A stretch of DNA of 62,435 bases, filler included, from a bacterium (GTDB lineage: Bacteria; JALSQH01): NCBI GenBank assembly GCA_027004335.1. It is 10 parts of 10 records of this genome, joined end to end, with 100 filler letters (N's around TTAATTAATTAA, not from the genome) between each part and the next. Parts side by side here need not be neighbours in the genome. Positions count along the whole stretch, not along the records: positions 48,808 to 54,605 come from JALTID010000258.1; positions 54,706 to 60,498 come from JALTID010000259.1; positions 60,599 to 62,435 come from JALTID010000261.1; 7 more parts are not named here. One strand, given 5' to 3'. Positions 48,878 to 61,858 of the stretch are shown here, piece after piece (the stretch's first letter is position 1; each line of letters starts with the position of its first letter). Made by a program: the position numbers and the translations under genes. A model generated the notes under the pieces. It had not been told where the DNA came from. It saw nothing but the letters and a program-made list of their open reading frames with translations, and searched no databases.

Positions 48878-49927
48878 ATGATAATCGTAATGAAAAAAGG
48901 TGCAAAAGATGATTGCATAAAAAAGGTTGTAGAAGCCCTGGAAAACGAAGGGTATAAACCGCATACTATCTATGGAGTGGAGAGAACCGTAGTAGCCGCT
49001 GTGGGGGATGAACGAAAAAAAGTTGATGTAATGGAAAAGCTCAAAGCCTTTGAAGGAGTTGAGAATGTCATCCCCATTTTAAAACCCTATAAGTTAGCAA
49101 GTAAAGAAGCTAAACCAGAAAAAACAAAAATCAAAATTAAGGATGACCTTTATATTGGTGGAGACGAAATTACCATTATCGCCGGACCCTGCTCCGTTGA
49201 AGGGGAGGAGATAACTGTGGAAATTGCAAAAGAGGTAAAAAAAGCGGGGGCCCACATATTGAGGGGAGGTGCATTTAAACCAAGAACTTCACCTTATTCA
49301 TTCCAGGGATTTGGCATAGAGGGTTTGAAGATCCTGGCAAGGGCAGGAAAAGAAGCAGGAACGCCGGTTATTTCTGAGATCCTGGATAAACATGATCTAC
49401 CTTTCTTTATTGAATATGTAGACATAATCCAGGTAGGTGCCCGGAATATGCAGAACTTTGCCCTGCTCAAAGAATTAAGCAAGATAAACAAACCAATTCT
49501 CCTGAAGAGAGGGATGTGCGCAACAATAGATGAATGGCTGTTTGCTGCTGAGTATTTGCTATCGGGGGGTAACGAAAATGTTATTCTCTGTGAGAGAGGA
49601 ATAAGAACCTTTGAAACTTCCACGCGAAATACGCTTGACCTCAATGCAATACCAGTACTGAGAGACAGGACCCATCTACCAGTTATTGTGGATCCCAGCC
49701 ATGGAACAGGTCACTGGGATTATGTTATACCAATGGCAAAAGCTGGTATCGCTGCAGGTGCTGATGGGATCATGGTAGAAGTTCATCCCGAGCCCGAAAA
49801 AGCCCTAAGTGACGGTCCTCAATCTCTAAAATATGAGAGATTCCGTCAACTAATTGAAGAACTAAAACCTGTTGCAGAAGCTGTAGGAAGAACTTTAGCC
49901 CTTGGAGAAAATAATGAAACCCGATGA
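48878..49927 (+). CDS. aroF: DAHP synthase class I-beta with N-terminal regulatory domain
   Basis: IAGPCSVE, RGGAFKPRTSPYSFQG, GARNMQNF, LCERGIRTFE, DPSH. Confidence 0.95.
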   Translation: MIIVMKKGAKDDCIKKVVEALENEGYKPHTIYGVERTVVAAVGDERKKVDVMEKLKAFEGVENVIPILKPYKLASKEAKPEKTKIKIKDDLYIGGDEITIIAGPCSVEGEEITVEIAKEVKKAGAHILRGGAFKPRTSPYSFQGFGIEGLKILARAGKEAGTPVISEILDKHDLPFFIEYVDIIQVGARNMQNFALLKELSKINKPILLKRGMCATIDEWLFAAEYLLSGGNENVILCERGIRTFETSTRNTLDLNAIPVLRDRTHLPVIVDPSHGTGHWDYVIPMAKAGIAAGADGIMVEVHPEPEKALSDGPQSLKYERFRQLIEELKPVAEAVGRTLALGENNETR

Positions 49928-52718
49928 TTATAAGGAAACTCTGCACCTCCCCAAAACTGCCTTTCCCATGAAAGCGAATCTTACTCAGAAGGAAAAAGAA
50001 ATTTTAAAGGAATGGGAAGAGAAAAAGATTTACATAGAGCTATTGGAGCAGAGAAAAAATGCTCCTGTTTTTGTATTCCACGATGGACCACCCTATGCTA
50101 ATGGTCATATTCATATGGGACATGCTCTTAACAAAATTTTGAAAGACATCATCGTAAAATACAAATCTATGGAAGGTTATAAAGTAAAATTCGTCCCAGG
50201 ATGGGACTGTCATGGCCTTCCCATTGAACTAAAAGTTGACCATGAGTTAGGACCGAGAAAAAAAGAGATGAGCAAGATCCAGATCAGGGAACGTTGCAAA
50301 AAATATGCTGAAAAATATGTAAAAATCCAGCGGGACGAATTCAAAAGGCTTGGGGTCCTGGGATTATGGGATGACCCATACTTAACGATGAAACCCCGGT
50401 ATGAAGCAACAATTGTGAGGGAGTTCGGGAAAATTGTTGAAGCAGGCAATGTGTATAAACAGAAAAAGCCGATATACTGGTGCCCCCACTGCAAAACAGC
50501 ACTGGCAGAAGCAGAAATTGAATACTATGATCATAAGTCACCCTCAATATATGTTAAATTCCCCCTCATTGATCCTCCGGAGAAAATTGATTCATCTCTC
50601 AAAAATGAGAAGATCAACATCGTTATCTGGACCACAACTCCATGGACATTACCTGCCAATTTAGCTGTGGCATTACATCCTAACGAAAATTACTCCTTTT
50701 ACAAAGCGGTAGATGGAGAGATCTATGTAGTTGCAACACTCCTGCTGGATAATTTTCTTCAGGTTCTTGGAAAAAGGGGAGAAGTAATTCTTGAGAAAAA
50801 GGGAAGCGAATTAGAAGGACTAAAACTAAAACACCCTATTTTTGATAATAAAGAATCCATTGTGATCCTTGGAGAGCATGTTACCATGGATGCCGGTACA
50901 GGATGCGTACATACAGCTCCTGGACATGGAGAAGAAGATTATGAAGTGGGGCTGAAATATGAGCTGGATGTTTTTGCTCCAGTGGATGGCGATGGGAAAT
51001 TCACTTCAGAAGTCCCGATGTATGAGGGAATGTCGGTATGGGACGCCAATCCTGTTATAATTGAAGATTTAAAGAAAAAAGGCACTCTGATCCATTCTGG
51101 TGAAATCGTACATTCATATCCTCACTGCTGGAGATGCAAGAATCCCATAATTTTCAGAGCTACCGATCAGTGGTTTATATCTATGGAAACAAATAATCTC
51201 AGAGAAAAAGCTCTCAAGGAAATTGATAAAGTTAAATGGATCCCCTCATGGGGCAGAGACAGGATCTACAACATGGTGGAATCAAGACCAGATTGGTGCA
51301 TCTCCCGTCAGAGATCGTGGGGTGTCCCTATAATAGCGGTATATTGTAAAAAATGCGGAAAGCCCTTTACTTCAAGAGAAATAGCGGAGCATGTAGCCTC
51401 TATCTTTGAGAAAGAAGGTTCCAACGCATGGTTCAGTAAGTCGGTAAAAGAACTTCTACATCCCGGGACTAAATGCCCATACTGCGGTGGAGAAGAATTT
51501 GAACTGGAACAGGATATCCTTGATGTCTGGTTTGAATCAGGAGTAAGTTATGCAGCGGTGGCAGAAAATGATCCCGATATGGGTTTTCCCGTGGATCTAT
51601 ACCTGGAAGGAAGCGACCAGCACAGAGGCTGGTTCCACTCATCGCTTCTAACTTCAGTAATAACAAGAGGAGAGGCTCCTTATAAGGCAGTTCTTACTCA
51701 TGGTTTCGTGGTGGATGGACAGGGAAGAAAGATGAGCAAATCTCTGGGAAATGTAATCAGTCCCGAAGAAATTATAAAACAGCATGGGGCTGAGATTCTA
51801 AGACTCTGGGTGGCAGCAGAAGACTACAGAGATGACATAAGAATTTCTCAGGAGATACTGAAAAGGCTTGTAGATGCATACAGAAGGATCAGAAACACAA
51901 TAAGATTTATGTTGGGGAATCTCTACGACTTTGAGCCCTCAAAGGACAATATCCACTATAACGATCTTCTTCCCATTGATAAATATATGCTTCACAGAAC
52001 CAATCAGTTAATAAAAAGGATAAGAAAAGCTTACGACGAATATGACTTCCACATCGTTTATCACTCCATTCACAACTTCTGCGTTGTGGATCTCAGCGCT
52101 TTCTATCTGGACATTCTCAAAGACAGACTTTACACATGGGCATCAAAATCCAAAGGAAGAAGATCTGCTCAAACTGTAATCTATCGCATTCTCAGGACAC
52201 TCATTAAACTCATTGCTCCCGTAACTTCTTTCACAGCTTATGAAGCATGGAAATTCCTGCCAGGAGAGAAGTCTGAAAATCTCTTCGCTGAACCTTTCCC
52301 GGAAGAAGTGCAGGAGTATTACAACGAGCCTCTCGCAGAAGAATGGGAGATCATTGTAAAAATTAGAGAAGAGGTAAACAAAGCATTAGAGATCAAAAGG
52401 CAGGAGAAATTTATTGGACATTCTCTTGACGCAAGAGTTTTAATTGAAGCAGAGGGAAGAGAAAAGGAGATTCTCCAGAAATACATAGATGATCTTCCCT
52501 TCATATTTATAACATCACAGGCTGAACTTGTGGAGAAGACTGACGGCGAATTTTACGAAGCTGAAGCAATTAAAAACTTAAGAATATCTGTACAAAAAGC
52601 AATTGGTAAAAAATGTCAGAGATGCTGGAACTACTCTCCAACAGTTGGACAGAATCCAGATTATCCTGACCTCTGCGAAAAATGTGTAAGAGCACTTGAA
52701 GAGGAGAAGAGTGGTTAA
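49914..52718 (+). CDS. ileS: Isoleucyl-tRNA synthetase
   Basis: DGPPYANG-HMGH, WTTTPWT, KMSKS, C-terminal zinc finger. Confidence 0.97.
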   Translation: MKPDDYKETLHLPKTAFPMKANLTQKEKEILKEWEEKKIYIELLEQRKNAPVFVFHDGPPYANGHIHMGHALNKILKDIIVKYKSMEGYKVKFVPGWDCHGLPIELKVDHELGPRKKEMSKIQIRERCKKYAEKYVKIQRDEFKRLGVLGLWDDPYLTMKPRYEATIVREFGKIVEAGNVYKQKKPIYWCPHCKTALAEAEIEYYDHKSPSIYVKFPLIDPPEKIDSSLKNEKINIVIWTTTPWTLPANLAVALHPNENYSFYKAVDGEIYVVATLLLDNFLQVLGKRGEVILEKKGSELEGLKLKHPIFDNKESIVILGEHVTMDAGTGCVHTAPGHGEEDYEVGLKYELDVFAPVDGDGKFTSEVPMYEGMSVWDANPVIIEDLKKKGTLIHSGEIVHSYPHCWRCKNPIIFRATDQWFISMETNNLREKALKEIDKVKWIPSWGRDRIYNMVESRPDWCISRQRSWGVPIIAVYCKKCGKPFTSREIAEHVASIFEKEGSNAWFSKSVKELLHPGTKCPYCGGEEFELEQDILDVWFESGVSYAAVAENDPDMGFPVDLYLEGSDQHRGWFHSSLLTSVITRGEAPYKAVLTHGFVVDGQGRKMSKSLGNVISPEEIIKQHGAEILRLWVAAEDYRDDIRISQEILKRLVDAYRRIRNTIRFMLGNLYDFEPSKDNIHYNDLLPIDKYMLHRTNQLIKRIRKAYDEYDFHIVYHSIHNFCVVDLSAFYLDILKDRLYTWASKSKGRRSAQTVIYRILRTLIKLIAPVTSFTAYEAWKFLPGEKSENLFAEPFPEEVQEYYNEPLAEEWEIIVKIREEVNKALEIKRQEKFIGHSLDARVLIEAEGREKEILQKYIDDLPFIFITSQAELVEKTDGEFYEAEAIKNLRISVQKAIGKKCQRCWNYSPTVGQNPDYPDLCEKCVRALEEEKSG

Positions 52719-53211
52719 ACTGATTTATTTCATTGCCGTTGCCATCCCGGTAATTGCAGTAGATCAAATAACAAAATTTTTAATAGACCATAATCTTTAT
52801 CTCTACGCAAAGATCACCATTATCCCTGGATTTTTCAATGTTGTAAAAGCGTACAACGCAGGGGCAGCTTTCAGCCTTTTTGCCCAAAGGCATTCACCGA
52901 TAATTAATTTTCTCTTTCACGCAACCACTGCCATTGCCATTCTTTTTGTACTTTACCTCTTTTTTGTAACAATGGATGATAACCACCTTCAGTTGATAAG
53001 TATCAATCTAATCTTAGGGGGAGCTTTTGGGAATCTTTACGATAGAATTATTCACGGGCATGTGGTGGACTTTCTGGATTTCTATATCGGCAGATACCAC
53101 TGGCCCGCATTTAACGTAGCTGATTCGTCTATTGTTATTGGAACTGGTCTTCTCCTGATAACATTTATCATAGAGGAAAAAAAGAAATCCGCTAATCCAG
53201 ATATTGCCTGA
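52711..53211 (+). CDS. lspA: Lipoprotein signal peptidase
   Basis: DQITK, NAGAAFS, GAFGNLYDR, VVDFL, FNVAD. Confidence 0.96.
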   Translation: MVKLIYFIAVAIPVIAVDQITKFLIDHNLYLYAKITIIPGFFNVVKAYNAGAAFSLFAQRHSPIINFLFHATTAIAILFVLYLFFVTMDDNHLQLISINLILGGAFGNLYDRIIHGHVVDFLDFYIGRYHWPAFNVADSSIVIGTGLLLITFIIEEKKKSANPDIA

Positions 53212-53581
53212 TCATACTGAGATTCTTCTTAAAAATAGTGACATAATTTTCTCGAATCCTCTCAAAAAGCTCCTGTGCCGTGGATTCATTGTAAATATGA
53301 GAGGATCTGTTTCTGTCTTCTAACATGTCCAGGACAAGTTCTGCATCCTCTAAATATCCCCTTTTTGCTGCTTCTTTTATGCATGAACGAGGACTACTAC
53401 ACTGGAAACCTTCATATTCAAGGAAAATCCTCAATGTCTTCCAGAATAGCTCAAAGGTAAATTCAAATCTCTGGATTACACCATCCCTATCAAGATCATC
53501 CTCTGCTCTATTTACAGCCTCCTGTAACCTATCAAAGGCGTTCTGAACTTTTTCTACTGCGTAGATCACTTCCTCTTTCAT
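53192..53581 (-). CDS. HEPN-domain protein (HI0074 family), putative RNase toxin
   Basis: DGVIQRFEFTFELFWK; RNRSSHIY (RX4HXY). Confidence 0.9.
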   Translation of the reverse strand: MKEEVIYAVEKVQNAFDRLQEAVNRAEDDLDRDGVIQRFEFTFELFWKTLRIFLEYEGFQCSSPRSCIKEAAKRGYLEDAELVLDMLEDRNRSSHIYNESTAQELFERIRENYVTIFKKNLSMIRQYLD

Positions 53582-53864
53582 ACAAAATCTCACCTGTATG
53601 GTAAACTATTTCTCTGAATTTTTTATCTGCTTTATCAAGATTTGTGAGATCAACTGTAAATACGCCGGATATTTCATCAAGAATCTCTTTGATCTTTCTC
53701 TCCTTTCTAAGATCTAGATCTACTCCTTCAATAGCAATATCAAAATCTGAATACTTATGTGCTCTATTTTTAGACCTTGAACCAAATAGGATAATTCTTT
53801 CAGGATTCAGCTCATCTACAAGAAGATTGACAATTTCCTTTAAAAGTTCTTTCATCCTCTGCAC
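53532..53864 (-). CDS. Minimal nucleotidyltransferase (MNT), putative antitoxin
   Basis: LFGSRSKNRAHKYSDFD (GSX10DXD), VDL. Confidence 0.9.
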   Translation of the reverse strand: MQRMKELLKEIVNLLVDELNPERIILFGSRSKNRAHKYSDFDIAIEGVDLDLRKERKIKEILDEISGVFTVDLTNLDKADKKFREIVYHTGEILYERGSDLRSRKSSERL

Positions 53865-54033
53865 TCTCCTCTCACATAATATAATATTTTAACCGGTAAG
53901 GCAAACCGAGGAGTAGTGTTCCCTACCAGGTCAGTTCTTTTTCTGTTATAATTAAGAAGCAACTGGCAAATATAGTTTCCGTTTAAATTGTACAAATAGA
54001 AAAACTAAAGAAGAGATAAAAGATAGAGAAAAG

Positions 54034-54255
54034 ATGATCACATACAGAGTAGTGGAATTAAGCATAGTAACTGATGAAGAGATAGAAAAAAAACTTAATG
54101 AATTAACAAAAGATGGATGGTATCTTGACGGGATTCACTTTGCCATGAGAGAATCTTCAAAAAGACCATCCATGGCATTTATGATTTTTTACAAATTCTT
54201 ACCAGATGAGGAGAAAAAAGATGACCAGGGAGGAATGGATAAATCATCTTTTTGA
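54034..54255 (+). CDS. DUF4177-like small protein
   Basis: YRVVE...LNELTKDGW...SSKRPSMAF. Confidence 0.7.
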   Translation: MITYRVVELSIVTDEEIEKKLNELTKDGWYLDGIHFAMRESSKRPSMAFMIFYKFLPDEEKKDDQGGMDKSSF

Positions 54256-54605
54256 AATAGATAGAAAACATATCTGGCACCCCTTTACCCAGATGAAAGA
54301 TTGGGTTGAAGATGAGGAGGTAATTATAATTGAAAGGGGAGAAGGGTGCTATTTATATGATGTCCACGGCAGGAAGTTTCTTGACGGGGTTTCTTCCCTC
54401 TGGGTAAATGTTCACGGGCACAGAAAGAGAGAAATTAACGAAGCTATAAAAAAACAGTTAGAGAAGATAGCTCACTCAACCCTTTTAGGTCTTGCCAATG
54501 TTCCATCTATTGATCTGGCTGAAAGATTAATTAAAATCACACCTGAAGAATTGAATAAAATTTTTTACTCAGACAATGGCTCTACTGCAGTGGAAATAGG
54601 GTTAA
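54221..54605 (+). CDS. bioA: DAPA aminotransferase, N-terminal part
   Basis: [31 protein letters not shown]. Confidence 0.93.
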
Positions 54606-54705
54606 NNNNNNNNNNNNNNNNNNNNNNNNNNNNNNNNNNNNNNNNNNNNTTAATTAATTAANNNNNNNNNNNNNNNNNNNNNNNNNNNNNNNNNNNNNNN
54701 NNNNN

Positions 54706-56561
54706 ATATTGTTGATACTCCCGGTTATTCAAATTTTGTTTTTGATGCAAAGAATGCTCTCCTTGCAACGGAAGGTGCTGTGATGATAGTGAGTGCAATT
54801 TCAGGTGTAAAAGACCAAACTATAAAATTCTGGGAATATCTTGATGAGTATGAGCTTCCTCGTCTAATTTTTATAAATAAACTTGATATGGAAAAGTCTG
54901 ATTTCCTGAGAGCTGCGGATGGTGTTGAGAAAAGTTTCGGAACAAAGCCGGCTTTGCTCCAGATTCCTATGGGAAGAGAGGCAAATTTTCATGGGGTAGT
55001 AGATCTACTTGAAAATAAGGCTTACTTTTATGAAATAGATGGTTCTGGAAAATTCAAGGTGAAAGATGTTCCGGATGAATATATTGATCAGGTGGAAGAA
55101 TTTAGGGGTAGTCTGGTTGAGGCCATCGTTGAGCAGGATGATGAGGTGCTTGAGAGGTATCTTGATGGGGAGGAAATTTCTATTGAGGAACTGAAGAAGG
55201 TGCTTCGGGAAGGTGTGATAAGCAGGAAGATAGTTCCTGCTGTAGTTGGTTCTGCAGCGAGGAATATCGGAGTTTCTCAGCTTGTTGATGCTGTTATTGA
55301 TTATTTGCCCTCCCCTTTAGAAAGATCTCCCATAGTGGCAGAGGATCCTGATGGTAAGGAAGTGGAGATTCACCCCGCAAGGACTGATTTTCTGTCAGGT
55401 ATAATTTTTAAAACCACCATAGATCAATTCGCAGGTAAAGTAAGTTATGTTAAGATCTTTTCGGGTGGATTAGCTTCTGATTCTACCATTTATATACCAA
55501 ACAAAAGGTACAAAGACAAAATTGCCCAGATGAACAAAGTACTGGGGAAAAAATTCATTCAGATAAATGAAGCTGGAGCAGGAGATATCATTGCTATTCC
55601 AAAATTAAAAGAGGGTTCTACAGGTGATACTGTTTGCAGCGACAAGAATGTAATATTTCTTAATTTGGTTTCTCCACTTGAACCTGTTCTTGCTTATGCG
55701 GTAAAACCGAAAGGTAAACATGATGAAGAGAAAATGATAAATGCACTTAACAGACTTGTTGAGGAAGATCCCTCACTCAGGTTAGAGAGAGAGCCACAGA
55801 CAAAAGAGTTACTACTAAAAGGCCTCGGTCAGGTTCAGATAGAGGTTGCTATAGAGAGATTGAAAAGAAAGTATGGTGTTGAAATAGAACTTCTTGCGCC
55901 GAAAGTACCATATAGGGAAACTATAAAGAAAAAAGCAAAAGCTCAGGGCAAGTACAAAAAACAAACAGGTGGCCATGGTCAATATGGAGATTGTTGGATT
56001 GAAATTGAACCTCTTGAAAGAGGTAGTGGTTTTATCTTTGAGGATAAAATTGTTGGCGGGGTTATTCCCAAGCAGTTTATTCCCTCTGTTGAGAAAGGGA
56101 TCAAAGATGCAATGCAGAAGGGACCTCTTGCAGGTTATCCCGTTGTTGATGCAAAAGTTATTCTCTATGATGGGAGCCATCATCCGGTAGATTCATCAGA
56201 TCTCGCTTTTCAAATTGCAGGTTCACTCGCATTTAAGAAAGCAATTGTGGAAGCACAGCCAGTTCTCCTTGAGCCAATAATGAAAATGGAAATTGTTGTG
56301 CCTGAGGAGTATATGGGAACGATTACCGGGGATCTGAATGCAAGAAGGGGTAAAATTGTTGGAGTGGTTCCTAAAGCAGGTGCGCAGGTAATAACGGCTT
56401 ATGTTCCTCTTGCTGAGGTTCTTACATATGCACCAGATCTAAGGTCAATGACTCAGGGTAGAGGATATTTTTCTATGGAATTCAGCCACTATGAAGAAGT
56501 CCCCACTCATCTTGCTAATAAAGTTATAGAAGAGGCTAAAAGCGAAAGCGGAGAAAGTTAA
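54706..56561 (+). CDS. fusA: Elongation factor G paralog (EF-G2-like), 5' truncated
   Basis: DTPGYSNF, NKLD, KVPYRETI, KKQTGGHGQYG, VDSS, LLEPIM. Confidence 0.88.
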
Positions 56562-57173
56562 TTAGCGAGTCCCGAATTTTCGGGCCCTTTTTACTTTTAT
56601 CTTTTCCCTCATTAGTACAGAATGTGATAGGTCCCTAATTTCTGCAATAATCTCGCTATCTGAAATATCAATAAGTCCATAGGTAGGTTTGTCCTTTTCC
56701 ATTAATGAAAAGTGTCCAGGATTTACAAAAATCCTTCCCGATAAAATTTCGACCTGAGGAATATGAGTCGCACCATGGAGAAAAACATACCCATTTTGAA
56801 TATCTTCTTTTGTTAAATTTCTTATATCATGCACAATAACAGTAATAAATCCGTTTAATATCGTATATTCTATCCTCGGAATGATAGGATTCTTGGCTTC
56901 GGGATCGTCGTCGGCTGGAACCTGGATAATCCTGCGAATTCTTCCAGCTCCTGCTTCATCTTTTTCCAGCAGAACAGATGCAAGATCAGAAAAAAAAGTA
57001 GTGTCATCCATCTCGCTTTTTTGTATCTGGAAAAGGTGAGCTCTCTCTACATCATGGAAGTAGTGACCAAGATGGAAAAATCTTCTTATTCCCTCTTCTT
57101 CCACTAAATAGGTATAGAGGATACGAAGTCCACTAATATTGCCATGAGAATCCGATACAACAGCTACCTTCAT
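56562..57173 (-). CDS. YfcE-like metallophosphoesterase, degenerate
   Basis: SDSHGN, HLG, THIP, VNPG motifs. Confidence 0.7.
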   Translation of the reverse strand: MKVAVVSDSHGNISGLRILYTYLVEEEGIRRFFHLGHYFHDVERAHLFQIQKSEMDDTTFFSDLASVLLEKDEAGAGRIRRIIQVPADDDPEAKNPIIPRIEYTILNGFITVIVHDIRNLTKEDIQNGYVFLHGATHIPQVEILSGRIFVNPGHFSLMEKDKPTYGLIDISDSEIIAEIRDLSHSVLMREKIKVKRARKFGTR

Positions 57174-57185
57174 TTCTAAAAATTC

Positions 57186-57262
57186 TGGCGCGCCCAGGGT
57201 GATTTGAACACCCGGCCCCCGGATCCGCAATCCGATGCTCTATCCTACTGAGCTATGGGCGC
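57186..57262 (-). tRNA. tRNA-Arg(GCG)
   Basis: GCGCCCA acceptor stem, A20 in D-loop, TCGGA-TTGCGGA-TCCGG anticodon arm, GCCA end. Confidence 0.93.
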
Positions 57263-57372
57263 GCTTATTAAAACTAATTATATTGTAACTTCTAATGCTA
57301 TTTTTTCAAGGAGGAAGTTTTTTATTGTGATCCTACCACGGGAAGATGTCTTAACCACTTTAAGTTATTTCC

Positions 57373-59867
<2,495 letters not shown>

Positions 59868-59876
59868 AGGGTAATT

Positions 59877-60498
59877 ATGATCGTTCAGTGCCCATCCTGT
59901 GGGAAAAAGTATAAGTTCCCTGATGAAAAGATTAAACCAGAGGGAACTAAAGTAAAATGTCCTTCGTGTGGTCATGTGTTTGTGGTCTATCCTCCTAAGA
60001 GTAAGAAGAAGAATTACATGATAAAAACTCCTGAGGGCTTAGAGTTAGGTCCCTATGATCTTAGTGCCCTGAAGGATCTTATCAAGAGGGGAGAAATTGT
60101 TGGTAATGAGTCTGTTTCTGTTGATGAGAAGGAGTATATTCCAATAAGATCACTTCCTGAGCTGAAAGAATTGATTCCAGGGGAGTCTTTTGAAAAGTCT
60201 CCCGCTGCACAGGAGGATATTTTTGGAGAAGCTGAAGGTGAAGGAGCTGAAACAACAGGCTCAGAGAAAGTTGAAATTACTACTGGTGAATTGGGTGAGG
60301 ATCTCTTTGGCGAAGAGCTTGATTTTGATACAGGTCCTGTGAAAGAGAAAAAAGTTGAGAAAGAGGAAGTAGGGGGTAGAGAAGAGGATCTTTTTGGTGA
60401 TATAAGTGCCGAAGAACTTGAGAGTTCTGCTGCTAAAAGTGAGGATTTATTCAGTGATGAAGAGTTGGGAGGTGAGTTCGCTGAGGGTTCAGGTGAAG
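59877..60498 (+). CDS. Zinc-ribbon (MJ0042-type) protein with GYF_2-like domain and acidic linker (3' truncated)
   Basis: CPSC...CPSC, GPYDLSALKDLI, repeated EDLFG. Confidence 0.75.
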
Positions 60499-60598
60499 NN
60501 NNNNNNNNNNNNNNNNNNNNNNNNNNNNNNNNNNNNNNNNNNTTAATTAATTAANNNNNNNNNNNNNNNNNNNNNNNNNNNNNNNNNNNNNNNNNNNN

Positions 60599-61791
60599 AC
60601 ATAAGTTCTTCTGTGTCCTCTTATTTCTGCTTCATCTTTTACTCCCCCGAGTGAGATTCTGACAAATCTTCTCCCCAGAGAATTTGCTATAGACCTCGCA
60701 AGGGAAGTTTTCCCAACCCCGGGAGGTCCGACAAAACAGAGGATGTTACCTTTGAATTTCTTGTTCAGTTTTTTTACTGCCAGATACTCTATAATTCTCT
60801 CCTTAACTTTTTCCAAGCCGTAATGATCTCTGTCAAGTATTTTTTTAGCTCTTTCAAGGTTGAGCTTATCTTTAGTTTTCTCTTTCCATGGAAGTGATAG
60901 TAGCCAGTCAAGATAATTTCTCACCACAGTAGCTTCTGCAGATGATGGCTGCATTGAATGCAATTTTTTTAATTCCTTAAGTGCAACTTCTTCTACTTTA
61001 GGAGGTAAATTCTTCTCATTTATCTTTTTCTCAAGTTCCAGTAACTCTTCTTTAAGAGATTCAAAATGCCCCAATTCCTTCTGAATAGCTTTCAACTGCT
61101 CATTCAAATAGTATTCTCTCTGGTTTTTTTCTATCTGTTTTTTAACATCCTCTTTAATTTTTTTGCTCAGGCGGAGCACAACTAATTCTTTTTCTACCAG
61201 TTCATAAGCTTTCTTGATCCTTTTTTTAATGTTGAGTTCTTTCAGCAGTACATAGGTACTTTCAGGGGGGAGCTCAGCGTATTCAGGGATAGAATCTATA
61301 AATTTTACGATGTTCTCTTTCCTCTCCGGTAGGTGTTTAAGATTATGGGGTAATTCTTTATCCTTGAGAAAGGCAAGTTCCTTAAGAGAGTCCATTATAT
61401 TTAAAAGAGTTGCTTCTTCTTCAACTCCTATTTCTATCTCTTCTTCCGGGTAATCTGATATAGCATAGTATGTTTTATCTTCTTTTATAAGGTCTCTGAT
61501 AATAATTCTTCTTTTGCCAAGGAGACTTACCCTGAATGCTTTATTTGCAAGAGTTCTTTTAGAGAGAATTTCAGCTTCAACGCCCATTATTTCCTGAGAA
61601 AAATTTTCAAGGTTTCCAGCAAAAATAACTGCCACAAGATAATCTTCACTTAGAGCCTTTTCCACTGATGCTTTATTTAAAGAATCTGTGAAAATAGTTT
61701 CTATGTGTTGAAATGGAAACACAAATTTCTCACTTATACTCACCAGAGGAAATACTCGTTGTCTACTTTTGTCAAAAATCTTAAAACCCAT
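60599..61791 (-). CDS. lon: Lon protease, N-terminal part
   Basis: QREYYLNEQLKAI, DHYGLEKVKERI, GPPGVGKT, EIRGHRRTY. Confidence 0.93.
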
Positions 61792-61858
61792 TCCACTCCT
61801 TTCAAATAGTATTATAACAAAAGATTTACAATATTACAAAAAACCGGAAAAGGTGAAG

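Noticed and set aside
53890..53935. GGCAAACC as a c-di-GMP-I riboswitch
   Set aside because: The GNRA hairpin and downstream conserved elements are missing
57174..57230. N-terminal extension of the phosphoesterase
   Set aside because: Runs through the tRNA-Arg gene
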